The notes beneath the pieces are model-generated. The model searched no databases, was not told the DNA's origin, and saw nothing but the letters and a program-made list of their open reading frames with translations. A stretch of 29,797 nt of DNA from a virus (lineage: Duplodnaviria; Caudoviricetes): positions 1 through 29,797 of IMG/VR virus record IMGVR_UViG_3300020571_000016. One strand, written 5' to 3'. Below, piece by piece: positions 1-8,572 of the stretch (the stretch's first letter is position 1; every line of letters starts with the position of its first letter). A program made the translations under genes and the position numbers.

Positions 1-1670
1 CCATTAACAACGAACGCGCCTGCTGATCCCGTATTAACGCCCAGCGCAGTAACAACGCCGGTACCCGTTGTAATGCTGCTCGGCGCAGCGCCAGCGCCGC
101 CACCGACAACCAACGCATTTGCAGCCAGCGCAGTTGACGAGGCAATCGTTCCGGCAGCGGTAAAGGCCAACACGCCGCCGCTTGTTCCGCTGGTTAATCC
201 GGTGCCACCATTGGCAACAGGCAAAGTGCCTGTAACATCCGATGCAAGGTTAACCGAAAGCGTACCGCCCAGTGTCAGGTTGCCGGAACTTGTCACCGTG
301 CCGGTAAGCGTAAGGCCGTTAACCGTACCTGTGCCGCTAACCGATGTAACTGTTCCCGTGCCGCCGGTTGCTGCAATCGTAATAGCGCCGGAACCGTTGG
401 TAATGCTAATGCCACTACCAGCAGTAAGCGTCGCTTTTGTAAGCGTGTTACCAGTGGAGTTGCCAATTAACAACTGACCGTTGGTGTAAGACGTTTGACC
501 CGTACCGCCATTGGCAACAGGCAAAGTGCCGGTAATTTGGCTTGTTAGGTCAACACCAGACAGTGTACCGCCTAGCGTCAAATTACCCGACGAGGTAACA
601 GTGCCGGTCAGCGTAATGCCATTTACCGTGCCTGTGCCTCCAACAGAAGTGACCGTTCCAGTACCGCCAGCCGCAATCCACGACAGCGTGCCGGAGCCGT
701 TGGTTGAAAGAACATTCCCATTCGAACCATCAGCGCTTGGGAGCGTATAAGTCGTGCTGCCAGCAGCCGCAGCCGGAGCAATACCAACGTAACCAGATGA
801 AGAACCAGAAAGGCGAAGAGTGCCCTTAACATCAAGTTCGCTGCCGGGGGTAAGATAACCAGCGCCGATACCAACGTTGCCGTTGTTAAGAATAACCATG
901 CGAGTGACAGATACGCCACCGGACGACTCTGCTACATCGTAAAGATTAAACTGCATCGGCAACGGCGTTCCCGTGCCTTCTGAGTTTGAATTTAATGATG
1001 CCGCAACATTTGTAAGGCGAATACTTGCGCTGCCAGCGTTGTTTGGATCAGATGAACTATTAGACAAACTCCAACTTGTAGTCGTGCTGGTTCCATTTGG
1101 AATTACACTAACTCGAGTATCAGCGTTTGTCGTATAACTCTGAAAAACAGTTCTGCCGGACCAAAGACCGTTAAATTTTCCAGTAATTTTTTGGCTTGTA
1201 CTTGAAAATGTTAAGTTTCCAGAAGCCAAGTCAATTTTTTCAGACGGCGTGTTAGTGCTTACGCCAATTCGATCGGTTGACGCATCAACAAACAGCAAGT
1301 TTGCGTCAGTATCACCCTCAATGCGCGTATCCTTGTCTGCACCGGCTTCGTTAATAACTACAGCGCCATTCAGTGATGAATCGCCAGAAACATCAAACTT
1401 GGCCGACGGCGTATTAGTGCCAATACCAATACGATCCGTTGAGGCGCTGGCAAAGAAAAGATTTGCGTCTGAGTCGCCTTCAATACGGGTGTCGTTATTG
1501 CCGCCAGCCTCGTTAACAACCAGCGACCCGTTGATGGTCGTTGATGGCATCGCGCTTGCGATGTTTGAAAGCGTTAACTTGTAGTTAGCGCCTGATCTGG
1601 CAATGACATATTCGTCGCCTGATTGGGCTGGCGCGCCAGAACTTAATGCACTAATTTTAGTGTCGGCCAT
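1..1670 (-). CDS. Fibre-type virion protein (tail or head fibre) with Gly/Thr/Ser-rich repeats; 3' end runs off the window
   Basis: Not in the ORF track because it is truncated. ATG at 1670 follows GGAG. The frame is open to base 1: MADTKISALSSG...DRIGIGTNTPS...GNVGIG...TYTLPSADGSNGNVLSTNGSGTLSW...GTLPVANGGTG (x2), typical phage fibre repeats. Confidence 0.85.
   Translation of the reverse strand, partial: MADTKISALSSGAPAQSGDEYVIARSGANYKLTLSNIASAMPSTTINGSLVVNEAGGNNDTRIEGDSDANLFFASASTDRIGIGTNTPSAKFDVSGDSSLNGAVVINEAGADKDTRIEGDTDANLLFVDASTDRIGVSTNTPSEKIDLASGNLTFSSTSQKITGKFNGLWSGRTVFQSYTTNADTRVSVIPNGTSTTTSWSLSNSSSDPNNAGSASIRLTNVAASLNSNSEGTGTPLPMQFNLYDVAESSGGVSVTRMVILNNGNVGIGAGYLTPGSELDVKGTLRLSGSSSGYVGIAPAAAAGSTTYTLPSADGSNGNVLSTNGSGTLSWIAAGGTGTVTSVGGTGTVNGITLTGTVTSSGNLTLGGTLSGVDLTSQITGTLPVANGGTGQTSYTNGQLLIGNSTGNTLTKATLTAGSGISITNGSGAITIAATGGTGTVTSVSGTGTVNGLTLTGTVTSSGNLTLGGTLSVNLASDVTGTLPVANGGTGLTSGTSGGVLAFTAAGTIASSTALAANALVVGGGAGAAPSSITTGTGVVTALGVNTGSAGAFVVN
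200..672 (-). repeat. Two-copy internal repeat in the fibre (GGTGTVTSV.GTGTVNG.TLTGTVTSSGNLTLGGTLS...TGTLPVANGGTG), period about 300 nt
   Basis: The DNA ccattggcaacaggcaaagtgcc occurs at 208 and 508, and the two translated units are nearly identical. Confidence 0.85.
1243..1522 (-). repeat. Two-copy internal repeat in the fibre (V.NEAG...DTRIEGD.DANL.F..ASTDRIG..TNTPS)
   Basis: Seen in manual translation; boundaries approximate. Confidence 0.75.
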
Positions 1671-1673
1671 GAC

Positions 1674-1847
1674 TTACTCCAATTCAATCTTGCTGCCGTC
1701 TTCGAGCAGCACAAATGAGCCGTCTTCAAGCAGCAAAAATCCGCCGCCACTTGGCGAAGGCGCAGCCTTCGGACGGCCAAGAGCAATAATTGATCCTAGC
1801 CCAATGGCTAGACCATTTCTTAACGCTACGCCAAAATAACGAGCCAT
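1674..1847 (-). CDS. 57-aa small virion-associated protein with tandem LLEDGS motifs
   Basis: Manual translation MARYFGVALRNGLAIGLGSIIALGRPKAAPSPSGGGFLLLEDGSFVLLEDGSKIELE*. It overlaps the upstream stop (TAATG) and fills the gap to the fibre gene. Confidence 0.75.
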   Translation of the reverse strand: MARYFGVALRNGLAIGLGSIIALGRPKAAPSPSGGGFLLLEDGSFVLLEDGSKIELE

Positions 1848-2149
1848 TAGTTTTGGTTAATTGGTTTAGCGTAAACCGTTCCGCCAGAAGACACTTCAAT
1901 AGCGCTTACACGCCACGGAGCGCCCGTGCCTTGCGGGACAATAAACGGAATTGGCGTATTAGCCGGAACCGGAGTGCTATTGCTTGTAGCAGTAACGTTT
2001 TCGCCAACCGCTACGTAAGCATCCGATGTACACCAAACGACAACGCCTTGCGGACCAGCGGGCCAAGTTGATGTTGAGCCAGCCGTACCAGTATAAGAAG
2101 CGGTCTTGGCTGGAAACAGACCGTCAGCAAGTGGATTAAGAAGTTCCAT
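1847..2149 (-). CDS. Hypothetical beta-rich virion protein (100 aa)
   Basis: ORF in the operon with a GAGG RBS; Thr/Val/Gly-rich composition. Confidence 0.65.
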   Translation of the reverse strand: MELLNPLADGLFPAKTASYTGTAGSTSTWPAGPQGVVVWCTSDAYVAVGENVTATSNSTPVPANTPIPFIVPQGTGAPWRVSAIEVSSGGTVYAKPINQN

Positions 2150-2158
2150 GTCGTTACC

Positions 2159-2521
2159 TCAAGCCAAGAATTTTAGGCGGTAAATCGTAGATAAGTACAA
2201 GCCAAAAATGGCGTCTAACAGGTTTTGCAGCGTTGTGTCGTCTTTACTGACGACTTTATACCGCATTTCCTCAAGTTCCTTAAGTTCCTTTTCCAAAAAG
2301 TCAAGCACGTTGTTTGACTTCTGGGCAGAGGCTAGGGCAATCGGGCCGATCAGCCCGTGCCGCCCCTGATAGGCTTCGGCAAAGTCGTCCGCGAGCGGAA
2401 TAATGCCCTCGTAAAACTTCTGTAGCGCTTTGTGCTTGGCGTAGTTACGGGTATTTAGATGCGTGGAATGGGTCACATCCCGCGCTAGAAATAGCCGTCC
2501 GATAAAGACTTCGCAGGTCAT
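2159..2521 (-). CDS. Ferritin/Dps-like four-helix protein (DUF5856-like)
   Basis: H..HLNT..YAKHKAL..FYE.....AD.FAEAYQG motif and C-terminal YRLKFL; ATGA-coupled to the portal gene. Confidence 0.7.
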   Translation of the reverse strand: MTCEVFIGRLFLARDVTHSTHLNTRNYAKHKALQKFYEGIIPLADDFAEAYQGRHGLIGPIALASAQKSNNVLDFLEKELKELEEMRYKVVSKDDTTLQNLLDAIFGLYLSTIYRLKFLA

Positions 2522-4701
2522 TGCGGCGGTAACTCCATCGGCATTTGCGGGGGCATTTCCATCGGCATTTCAGCCTCTCTAGGGGCCGGGGCTACAAGGT
2601 CGTTGGCGGACAGCATCCCGCTAATCGTGCCCATTACGATGTCTTGAATCTGCTCTTCGGACATGCCCGCCTGAACCGCGCTGATACGCTTGGTCTCGGC
2701 GTCATACGCCTTAATCTGCGCTTCCTGCTCCTTGATACGCAGTTCCGTTGCTTCCATAGACTGCGAGACATTTCGGAGCATCTGGAACATCTGATCCATC
2801 TCAGCGCCCATCGCCTCAATCTGCTGATTAGCGGCTTGCAACGCTGGGTCTTCGTTAGGATCGGCAAGCAATTTTGGGTCAATGGTCTTAGAGAGACGCT
2901 TGGCAATTTCCTGCGCTCCCGGCCAGTCCATATTCTTGACAAACAGGTCGCCTGCCACGCCCCAAAGGTTCGGGTTGGCTTGCAAAATTTGCGACATTGC
3001 GTCCATCGCCTCTTGGCGCTTGGTCATGTAAGACGGGCCGGTCGTAACGGCTACGTCGTACTTACCCACGGACGGGTTGTAGATTTTTTCAATAACAACA
3101 CCAGCCTGATCCATGATTTTACGGACAGGCTCTTGTTGCATCGGGTCGATACGCACCGTCGAGGTTTCCCCATCGATGCCGATGATGCGAGCGATACGCT
3201 GGGTATCGTAAATCTTCGGAATCAAGTCAACGAGTTGACGCGTAACGTAGCGGATAGCGCGGGCAAGGTTATCTACGTAATGATATGACCCCGTATCGCC
3301 CTGACGTTCACGCGCCAATATGGCCCGACCCGAGCGCTCGTTAGACGTGGCGCCAAGGCTAGAGTCATAGTAGCCCGTCGTAGACTTAATGTCGTCCGAC
3401 GCGCCCATCTTAGCCTGAATAAGGCCCGTTTGTGCAAGGGGTGGGGCGGCACGTTGGGGCAACGGCAGCATGTTGCCAGCGCCGTCCGTAACGTCAGGAT
3501 TGACCTCCAAATACGGCCAGTTTTGCGTGTTGGCGGTCTTCCACTGATGCTCGTATCCCTCAAACTGCCCACCGTAGCCGATAAACGGCGCTTTGGGGGC
3601 CAAGGCGAGCATTTCCGCCTCTTGGGATACCCAGTAGTTGTACATGCGCTGCGCGTCTTTAGCGTTACGCACGAGGCCGCTGATGTAGATACGGCCTTCC
3701 ACTTCGTATTCGTTGCCGACCACGCGGACAACCGGAATCGACTTACCCGGCCACTCCTGCTCTTCCAGCACCTCGTAGCCGTTTGTCTTCATCCACTTAA
3801 TCTTGCGGATGTCTACGTCACGGGTGCGAATTGGAGAAAGGCCCATCGCCTCCATTTGGTCGGCTTCAGGCGAGCCAGCGTAGGCGGTAGCACCGCCCGG
3901 ATACAGGTTTAACTTGGCTTTTTCATAGTAAGCGTAGAAGTATTCCGCAATCCGTACTGAATCGTCGGTAATCCACTGCGCCAGATTCTCGTCACCAATA
4001 CCACGGCTCTGGATCGACGAGATGGGTTCGGCGTCAGGAAAATGACGCTCAAACTCCTCACGGGGCATGTCCTCGGTTATGAAACACCATTCTGCATCGG
4101 CTCCGCACGGGTCTTGGATGTGCGGGTCCATATATACCGAGAACGAGTTACGAACGCGAGCAATACGGATATCTTGGTCAAACGAATCCGGGTCGCAATA
4201 CTCGGTCAGGATGCGGATATAGCCTTCGCCGTACGTAACCTGATTCTCACAGGCGGTGTCGTAGGCAACGTCGGCATCCGAGATGTACTCGATGTGCCGG
4301 ACGATACCGTCAAACACTTCGGCGACTTCAATGTCTGCCTTGTCATCGACCGGGATGACTTTGCCAGCAGGACGGTTCTGGCGTTGGTCGTTCGTGACCT
4401 GTCGAACGTGCTGGGGCAGTTTGTTGATGGTCAGGCAGGGACGAGCGTTGATTGTCTGACCCTGCACTGCGCCACGGGTGGCTAAGACCTCTTGCGGCCA
4501 CTGCCAGCGGTTATCTGGAGAACCCGCCATAAAGCGCAGGTCGTCCAGTTCGCTATCGCGAGACTCGCTATAAGCCGTCAGGGACAACTGCATTCGGGTA
4601 CGCGCTTGGGCGAGGATATCGCCCGTACTACGCGCACGGCGGCTCTCGGGCGTATTAGCCACCTGAGCCGCGCCCTTCATCCCTGTCGGGTCTTTAGCCA
4701 T
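2518..4701 (-). CDS. Portal protein, P22-like
   Basis: 727 aa with DDLRF...QW, RPCLTINKL, GLVRNAKDAQRMYNYW, GKYDVAVTTGPSY.TKRQEA and a C-terminal coiled coil; downstream of terL. Confidence 0.93.
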   Translation of the reverse strand: MAKDPTGMKGAAQVANTPESRRARSTGDILAQARTRMQLSLTAYSESRDSELDDLRFMAGSPDNRWQWPQEVLATRGAVQGQTINARPCLTINKLPQHVRQVTNDQRQNRPAGKVIPVDDKADIEVAEVFDGIVRHIEYISDADVAYDTACENQVTYGEGYIRILTEYCDPDSFDQDIRIARVRNSFSVYMDPHIQDPCGADAEWCFITEDMPREEFERHFPDAEPISSIQSRGIGDENLAQWITDDSVRIAEYFYAYYEKAKLNLYPGGATAYAGSPEADQMEAMGLSPIRTRDVDIRKIKWMKTNGYEVLEEQEWPGKSIPVVRVVGNEYEVEGRIYISGLVRNAKDAQRMYNYWVSQEAEMLALAPKAPFIGYGGQFEGYEHQWKTANTQNWPYLEVNPDVTDGAGNMLPLPQRAAPPLAQTGLIQAKMGASDDIKSTTGYYDSSLGATSNERSGRAILARERQGDTGSYHYVDNLARAIRYVTRQLVDLIPKIYDTQRIARIIGIDGETSTVRIDPMQQEPVRKIMDQAGVVIEKIYNPSVGKYDVAVTTGPSYMTKRQEAMDAMSQILQANPNLWGVAGDLFVKNMDWPGAQEIAKRLSKTIDPKLLADPNEDPALQAANQQIEAMGAEMDQMFQMLRNVSQSMEATELRIKEQEAQIKAYDAETKRISAVQAGMSEEQIQDIVMGTISGMLSANDLVAPAPREAEMPMEMPPQMPMELPPQ

Positions 4702-4838
4702 TACTTGCCCTTCTTACCGGCTTTACGCTTGACCGAATACGCGATGGCAACAGCCTGCTTAACAGGCTTGCCAGCCTTCACTTCAGCGCGAATGTTCTTG
4801 CGAAAAGCCCCCTTAGAGGCGGACTTTACAAGAGGCAT
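4701..4838 (-). CDS. 45-aa small basic phage protein (MPLVKS...KQAVAIAYS type)
   Basis: Manual translation [45 protein letters not shown]; TAATG overlaps at both ends. Confidence 0.8.
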   Translation of the reverse strand: MPLVKSASKGAFRKNIRAEVKAGKPVKQAVAIAYSVKRKAGKKGK

Positions 4839-5026
4839 TAACGCATACCCCGTTTCATCGGAGTCGGTCGGAAATCGACCGCAGTGCGGATCATGTCCTC
4901 GTTAACGCGCTTCGGCATACGCGGAGCAGGCATCCGGGGCTTCTGCATCCGGCTGTTTTGGATCATGTCACCGACTGTTGCGCCGGGGGACACGCCGATC
5001 GGACCGGGGTTTTTCTTTCCGTACAT
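4838..5026 (-). CDS. 62-aa basic hypothetical protein
   Basis: Stop overlaps the next start codon; Met/Pro/Arg-rich. Confidence 0.65.
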   Translation of the reverse strand: MYGKKNPGPIGVSPGATVGDMIQNSRMQKPRMPAPRMPKRVNEDMIRTAVDFRPTPMKRGMR

Positions 5027-5219
5027 GCTTCTTAGCCTTTTTTGGAGGTTTTACGGGGTTTTCGGGCGGTAAGGGCTGACTTTCTGAAATTGGCAGCCGT
5101 TGGAGCGCCCTTAGAACCCGGTTTACGCATCTTTTCGCCCGATCCCGCAGCGATTCGAGCGCGTTTAGCATGAATGTTCGCATATAGTCCCTTTTTTGCA
5201 GCCATTTCAGCATTTCCAT
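4968..5219 (-). CDS. Basic hypothetical protein (start uncertain)
   Basis: Fills the gap between 5207 and 5026 but overlaps the downstream gene by 59 nt. Confidence 0.45.
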   Translation of the reverse strand: MEMLKWLQKRDYMRTFMLNALESLRDRAKRCVNRVLRALQRLPISESQPLPPENPVKPPKKAKKHVRKEKPRSDRRVPRRNSR

Positions 5220-5467
5220 CGTTTTAAAGATGCTTTAGCGCGTTCGGCTGGCCCCTTGGCGTTGCGAACGACCCCTTTCATGCGGGCGCAAAACGACTTT
5301 TTACGTCCTGCGTCCGCTTTTGTCTTCGGACTGGGCGCCGGAGCCTTCAAATTAGACCCCGTTGCACGATTATATTTTGCACGACCTTTCGCGGTCAATC
5401 CCGCCCCTCTTGACACGGACTGCTTTTCTCCTCTACCAACTGAGAGGCTGACGGACTTTCTAGCCAT
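5207..5467 (-). CDS. Small basic protein, DUF6321-like
   Basis: GLTAKGRAKYNRATGSNLKAP...RKKSFCARM...LKRWKC; ATG 5467 overlaps the terL stop. Confidence 0.75.
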   Translation of the reverse strand: MARKSVSLSVGRGEKQSVSRGAGLTAKGRAKYNRATGSNLKAPAPSPKTKADAGRKKSFCARMKGVVRNAKGPAERAKASLKRWKC

Positions 5468-6996
5468 TAGGCACCCATCCAAGTGTTGACCATGCCGCTA
5501 TCGCGGCTAACAATAACGGTACGCGCTCGTTCGCGGTATTCGCGGTGCGCCACGGGATACGCAAACGTAACAGCAATAGCGTCGGCAGCGTCAGGCGACG
5601 CAAGACCGCGCGACTTCATGTCCTTTTTAGATTCCAGCAAGATAGCGCCAGAGGAATTGATCTTTTGCTTTGGACCTGTGAGGTCGGCTTTTAGTTGCCG
5701 GTCGTTCGGCAGCGCAGCGTCTTTTAGCCACGTTTTCATTTCGCCCCACAACTCTGCACGCTTGTTTTGCCACATAGCCGGGGTCTTGGACTTCCATCCG
5801 AAGTTAACGCCACGCACCACCTTATAGCGCTGCTCTTTCAAGCGATCAAGGATGCCGTAACCTAGTCCGCCTTCGTCAAGGACGACGAGTGTGGGTTGGT
5901 ACTCTTCAATCGCGTCGATAACTCGGCCAACAATCTCCATCGTGTCTTCTCCTTTGAAGCGCTTAATGGCGATGATGTCACGGCCCTGTCGGACTGCGAT
6001 AACCGTCGAGTCCGCTCCACTTCGCGCCGGATCGACTCCGATAACTCGTGGCGCTGTCTCGTCCTTATACCTGTTACGAGCCATGGCCTGATCCACAAGG
6101 CTAGGCGGTATAAATTGGTCGTTACCTTCTGACGGAAACTCTCCATAAACTTCCACCTTGGCTTGCGGTGAGTCGATGCCGTATTCGTCGATAATCTGCT
6201 GATACACCGACTTATCGGTTTCTTCAACGGTGCGAGCGTCAATGTTGCGGGTGTTCCAGAACGCACGCTTAGAGTGGAACGCCTCGAAGAAGTAGCCCTC
6301 GTTACGACGGGGGTTACTAAACGACATCCAGAAACGGTGCGGGGTGTTCTCCGTAAAAAAGCCTGCCGTCACCGACCAGATGGGGTCAGGGATACCGCTG
6401 GCTTCGTCGAAGATGACCATAACGCCGTCGAAGTTGTGGACACCGGCATACGAGTCGGGGTTCTCTTCGGACCACAAGCGACCCTCAACGGACCAGTAAC
6501 GCGTACCTTTCTTGAGGTCACGTTCAACGAGTTCGGCGAGCCATTTAGCGGGCATCACGCGGGTGGCGCTAATCTCAAACCAATGCGAATTGATCAGGAG
6601 CGCTGCCCACTTAGTAATTTCTGCCCATGTAATCGAGCGTAACTGCGCTTCGGAGTTAGCCGACACAATGGTCGTTGAGCCTATGCGGGTACTCAGCATC
6701 CAAAGGATGAGCCACGACACGAGCGCAGACTTACCGATACCGCGACCGGAAGCCGTTGCCATACGCAGGACTTCGTAGGATGTTGCGGTCTTATTCTTCG
6801 CAGTGTGGGCGGCAATGTCGCGCAGGATTTCCCGCTGCCACTTACGCGGACCCTTGAAGTGTTCTAAAGGCGTGCCTTTCTGGCCCCAAGGAAAAGCGAG
6901 TAGCACGAAGGCCTCTGGGTCGTCCTTAATAACGGGCGACCAGAGTTTGCTCATCAGCAACTCTTCTTCTTCAGGGCTATAGATCGGCTGTTGCAT
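5467..6996 (-). CDS. terL: Terminase large subunit
   Basis: Walker A ASGRGIGKS, Walker B VMVIFDEASG, motif III FSNP, RNase H-like nuclease IGVDPARSG...SPDAADA. Confidence 0.95.
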   Translation of the reverse strand: MQQPIYSPEEEELLMSKLWSPVIKDDPEAFVLLAFPWGQKGTPLEHFKGPRKWQREILRDIAAHTAKNKTATSYEVLRMATASGRGIGKSALVSWLILWMLSTRIGSTTIVSANSEAQLRSITWAEITKWAALLINSHWFEISATRVMPAKWLAELVERDLKKGTRYWSVEGRLWSEENPDSYAGVHNFDGVMVIFDEASGIPDPIWSVTAGFFTENTPHRFWMSFSNPRRNEGYFFEAFHSKRAFWNTRNIDARTVEETDKSVYQQIIDEYGIDSPQAKVEVYGEFPSEGNDQFIPPSLVDQAMARNRYKDETAPRVIGVDPARSGADSTVIAVRQGRDIIAIKRFKGEDTMEIVGRVIDAIEEYQPTLVVLDEGGLGYGILDRLKEQRYKVVRGVNFGWKSKTPAMWQNKRAELWGEMKTWLKDAALPNDRQLKADLTGPKQKINSSGAILLESKKDMKSRGLASPDAADAIAVTFAYPVAHREYRERARTVIVSRDSGMVNTWMGA

Positions 6997-6998
6997 TA

Positions 6999-7676
6999 CT
7001 ATTCTTCACCGCTCAATGGAGGCGCCATTGAAGACTGAATAAAACCTTTAAGGGAGCGGTTTTTAGGATTGTTTGCAATTCGCTTAAAGTTTTCAGTGTC
7101 TTTAGCGTATTGCTGGCTGGTTTCGTACTTGCTACGCCCTGTGCCAATCCAAGCACTTGCAAACGGAATGCCTAAACGTTTAGACACTTTAGACTTGTCG
7201 TAAATAGCGGCAATTAACCTGCCAGCCTCAGGGCCGTAATCAACAGAATAACGGTTATAAATAGCCACCGATTCTGGGTCATTAACGTTAAATTCGTTAG
7301 TGCCCAAGTTCTCTCGGCCTTCTTTTAACAACATAGCCGTCACTACTTCTGGCGACATGTTTTCTGCAACGCCCGGCACTTTGTTGCGAATAGCATCGCC
7401 AATAGCGGTCGAAAACAACCGGACTGATTCGGCGTTGTATTTAGACGGCAACGTTTCTAATTGCTGTTTACGGCGGTCGTAGCGGTATCCGCCAATAAAG
7501 ACTGGGTTGTTGTAGTTAGCCAGTGATTCGGCGTACTTAAACTTTCTACCGCCAAGTCCACCAATAGCGCGAACATCTAGTTGCGGCTCTTTAATGTAAG
7601 GCGACTGAGCCAGAACATTAACGTCCGGTTTAGGTTTGTACCCAAAAAGTTGAGCCAATCTATTCAGCATTGACAT
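6999..7676 (-). CDS. Hypothetical 225-aa protein between terS and terL, possible lysozyme/SLT-like fold
   Basis: Long ORF with visibly lower GC than its flanks. MSPEVVTAMLLKEGR resembles the SLT catalytic helix. Confidence 0.6.
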   Translation of the reverse strand: MSMLNRLAQLFGYKPKPDVNVLAQSPYIKEPQLDVRAIGGLGGRKFKYAESLANYNNPVFIGGYRYDRRKQQLETLPSKYNAESVRLFSTAIGDAIRNKVPGVAENMSPEVVTAMLLKEGRENLGTNEFNVNDPESVAIYNRYSVDYGPEAGRLIAAIYDKSKVSKRLGIPFASAWIGTGRSKYETSQQYAKDTENFKRIANNPKNRSLKGFIQSSMAPPLSGEE

Positions 7677-8154
7677 GGGCAGTGTCCTCCGGTGCGTACT
7701 GTATCGCAGCGGGTTGCTCGTGCGCTAATTGATCCGGCGTAGCGTCATATACGCGGCCCGCCAAGACGCGAGATTCTGCCTCTTGCAGCGCGGCGACAAT
7801 ACTGATTTGAGATTTAATATCGACCTGAACTTGCTGCTTGGCAACCCATCCGTGAAGGTGGGTAAGCAGGGCGAGGGCTGCCTTGCTATCTCCCTCAAGC
7901 GCGGCAGAGCGCAATTGAGTCGCCGCCTCAACCTCAGAGTCCGCACGACCTTTCCCCTCGGCGACCGCAGCCGCGTTATCTAACTGGCAGAGTCTACGGT
8001 ACTCGACGGGCAGCAACCCAGCCGCAAAGGCCAAGGCGTCACCCTTCAGCCCAAGTTTGGCAGCATCGTAAATTTTTTGCAGAACCTCCGGCGATGCCTT
8101 TAGTTCCCGAGGCGCAAAAGGAATGGACTTAAAGGATTCTGTTACGAGGTTCAT
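7660..8154 (-). CDS. terS: Probable terminase small subunit
   Basis: Upstream of terL. N-terminal HTH-like segment (IYDAAKLGLKGDALAFAAGL), A..GDSKAALALL.H.HGW motif and ISIVAALQEAESRV tail. Start placed at ATG 8154. Confidence 0.7.
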   Translation of the reverse strand: MNLVTESFKSIPFAPRELKASPEVLQKIYDAAKLGLKGDALAFAAGLLPVEYRRLCQLDNAAAVAEGKGRADSEVEAATQLRSAALEGDSKAALALLTHLHGWVAKQQVQVDIKSQISIVAALQEAESRVLAGRVYDATPDQLAHEQPAAIQYAPEDTAHVNAE

Positions 8155-8332
8155 ACCGGAACTCTTTGCCAGAACAGGCGGGAACGTCAGACATCCATCC
8201 GTGGTGGGTGGCATGGGCACACCAGACCTTTTCAGCAACCCTAGTCACTTGAGCGGCCCAGAAGCAAGAGCGGCATACCAGAGACTTGGCAGCAAACTCT
8301 AACCACTCTGCCTCAGACATCTGTATCGGCAT
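8129..8332 (-). CDS. 67-aa Cys-containing (CxxC...C...C) putative zinc-binding protein
   Basis: MPIQMSEAEWLEFAAKSLVCRSCFW...WC...PAC; ATG 8332 lies 6 nt after an extended -10-like TGTTACAGT. Confidence 0.6.
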   Translation of the reverse strand: MPIQMSEAEWLEFAAKSLVCRSCFWAAQVTRVAEKVWCAHATHHGWMSDVPACSGKEFRYEPRNRIL

Positions 8333-8376
8333 ACCGAGACTGTAACAGAAGGTTTGGCAAGGAAGGAAGAGCAAGA

Positions 8377-8572
8377 GCAACGTGCAGGGTGATCCTGCCG
8401 GGAGGCCGCGATCTCCAACAACCGTGGAGCCTGTGTGCCGAGGCGGAAGCGTTTAGGGAGAAAACGTTTAGTGCCTTAGATGGTGCGGCTCTTGGACATC
8501 CAAATTATCCAAGTCATCAAAACCGCTTCAGTTACCTCTCGGTCGCTACCAGCGCATCTGGTCAGACGTTGC
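8377..8572. ncRNA. Candidate ~196-nt multi-stem structured RNA (family unknown)
   Basis: Closing helix GCAACGT(8377-83)/ACGTTGC(8566-72) encloses GCAGG/CCTGC, CTCCA/TGGAG, CCGAG/CTCGG, GAAGCG/CGCTTC, CTTGGA/TCCAAG and ACCAG/CTGGT; intergenic. Confidence 0.5.

Noticed and set aside
73-2071. Plus-strand ORFs 73-477, 511-750, 1249-1584, 1603-1839, 1790-2071 and minus ORF 623-919
   Set aside because: Shadow frames of the minus-strand fibre gene and its neighbours.
2545-6778. Many alternative-frame and plus-strand ORFs over portal and terL
   Set aside because: They overlap well-supported genes and show no RBS or motifs.
8440-8545. Twister-like look of minus-strand GGUAACUGAAGC...CUAAGGC
   Set aside because: The P4 stem and pseudoknot pairings required for twister could not be built.
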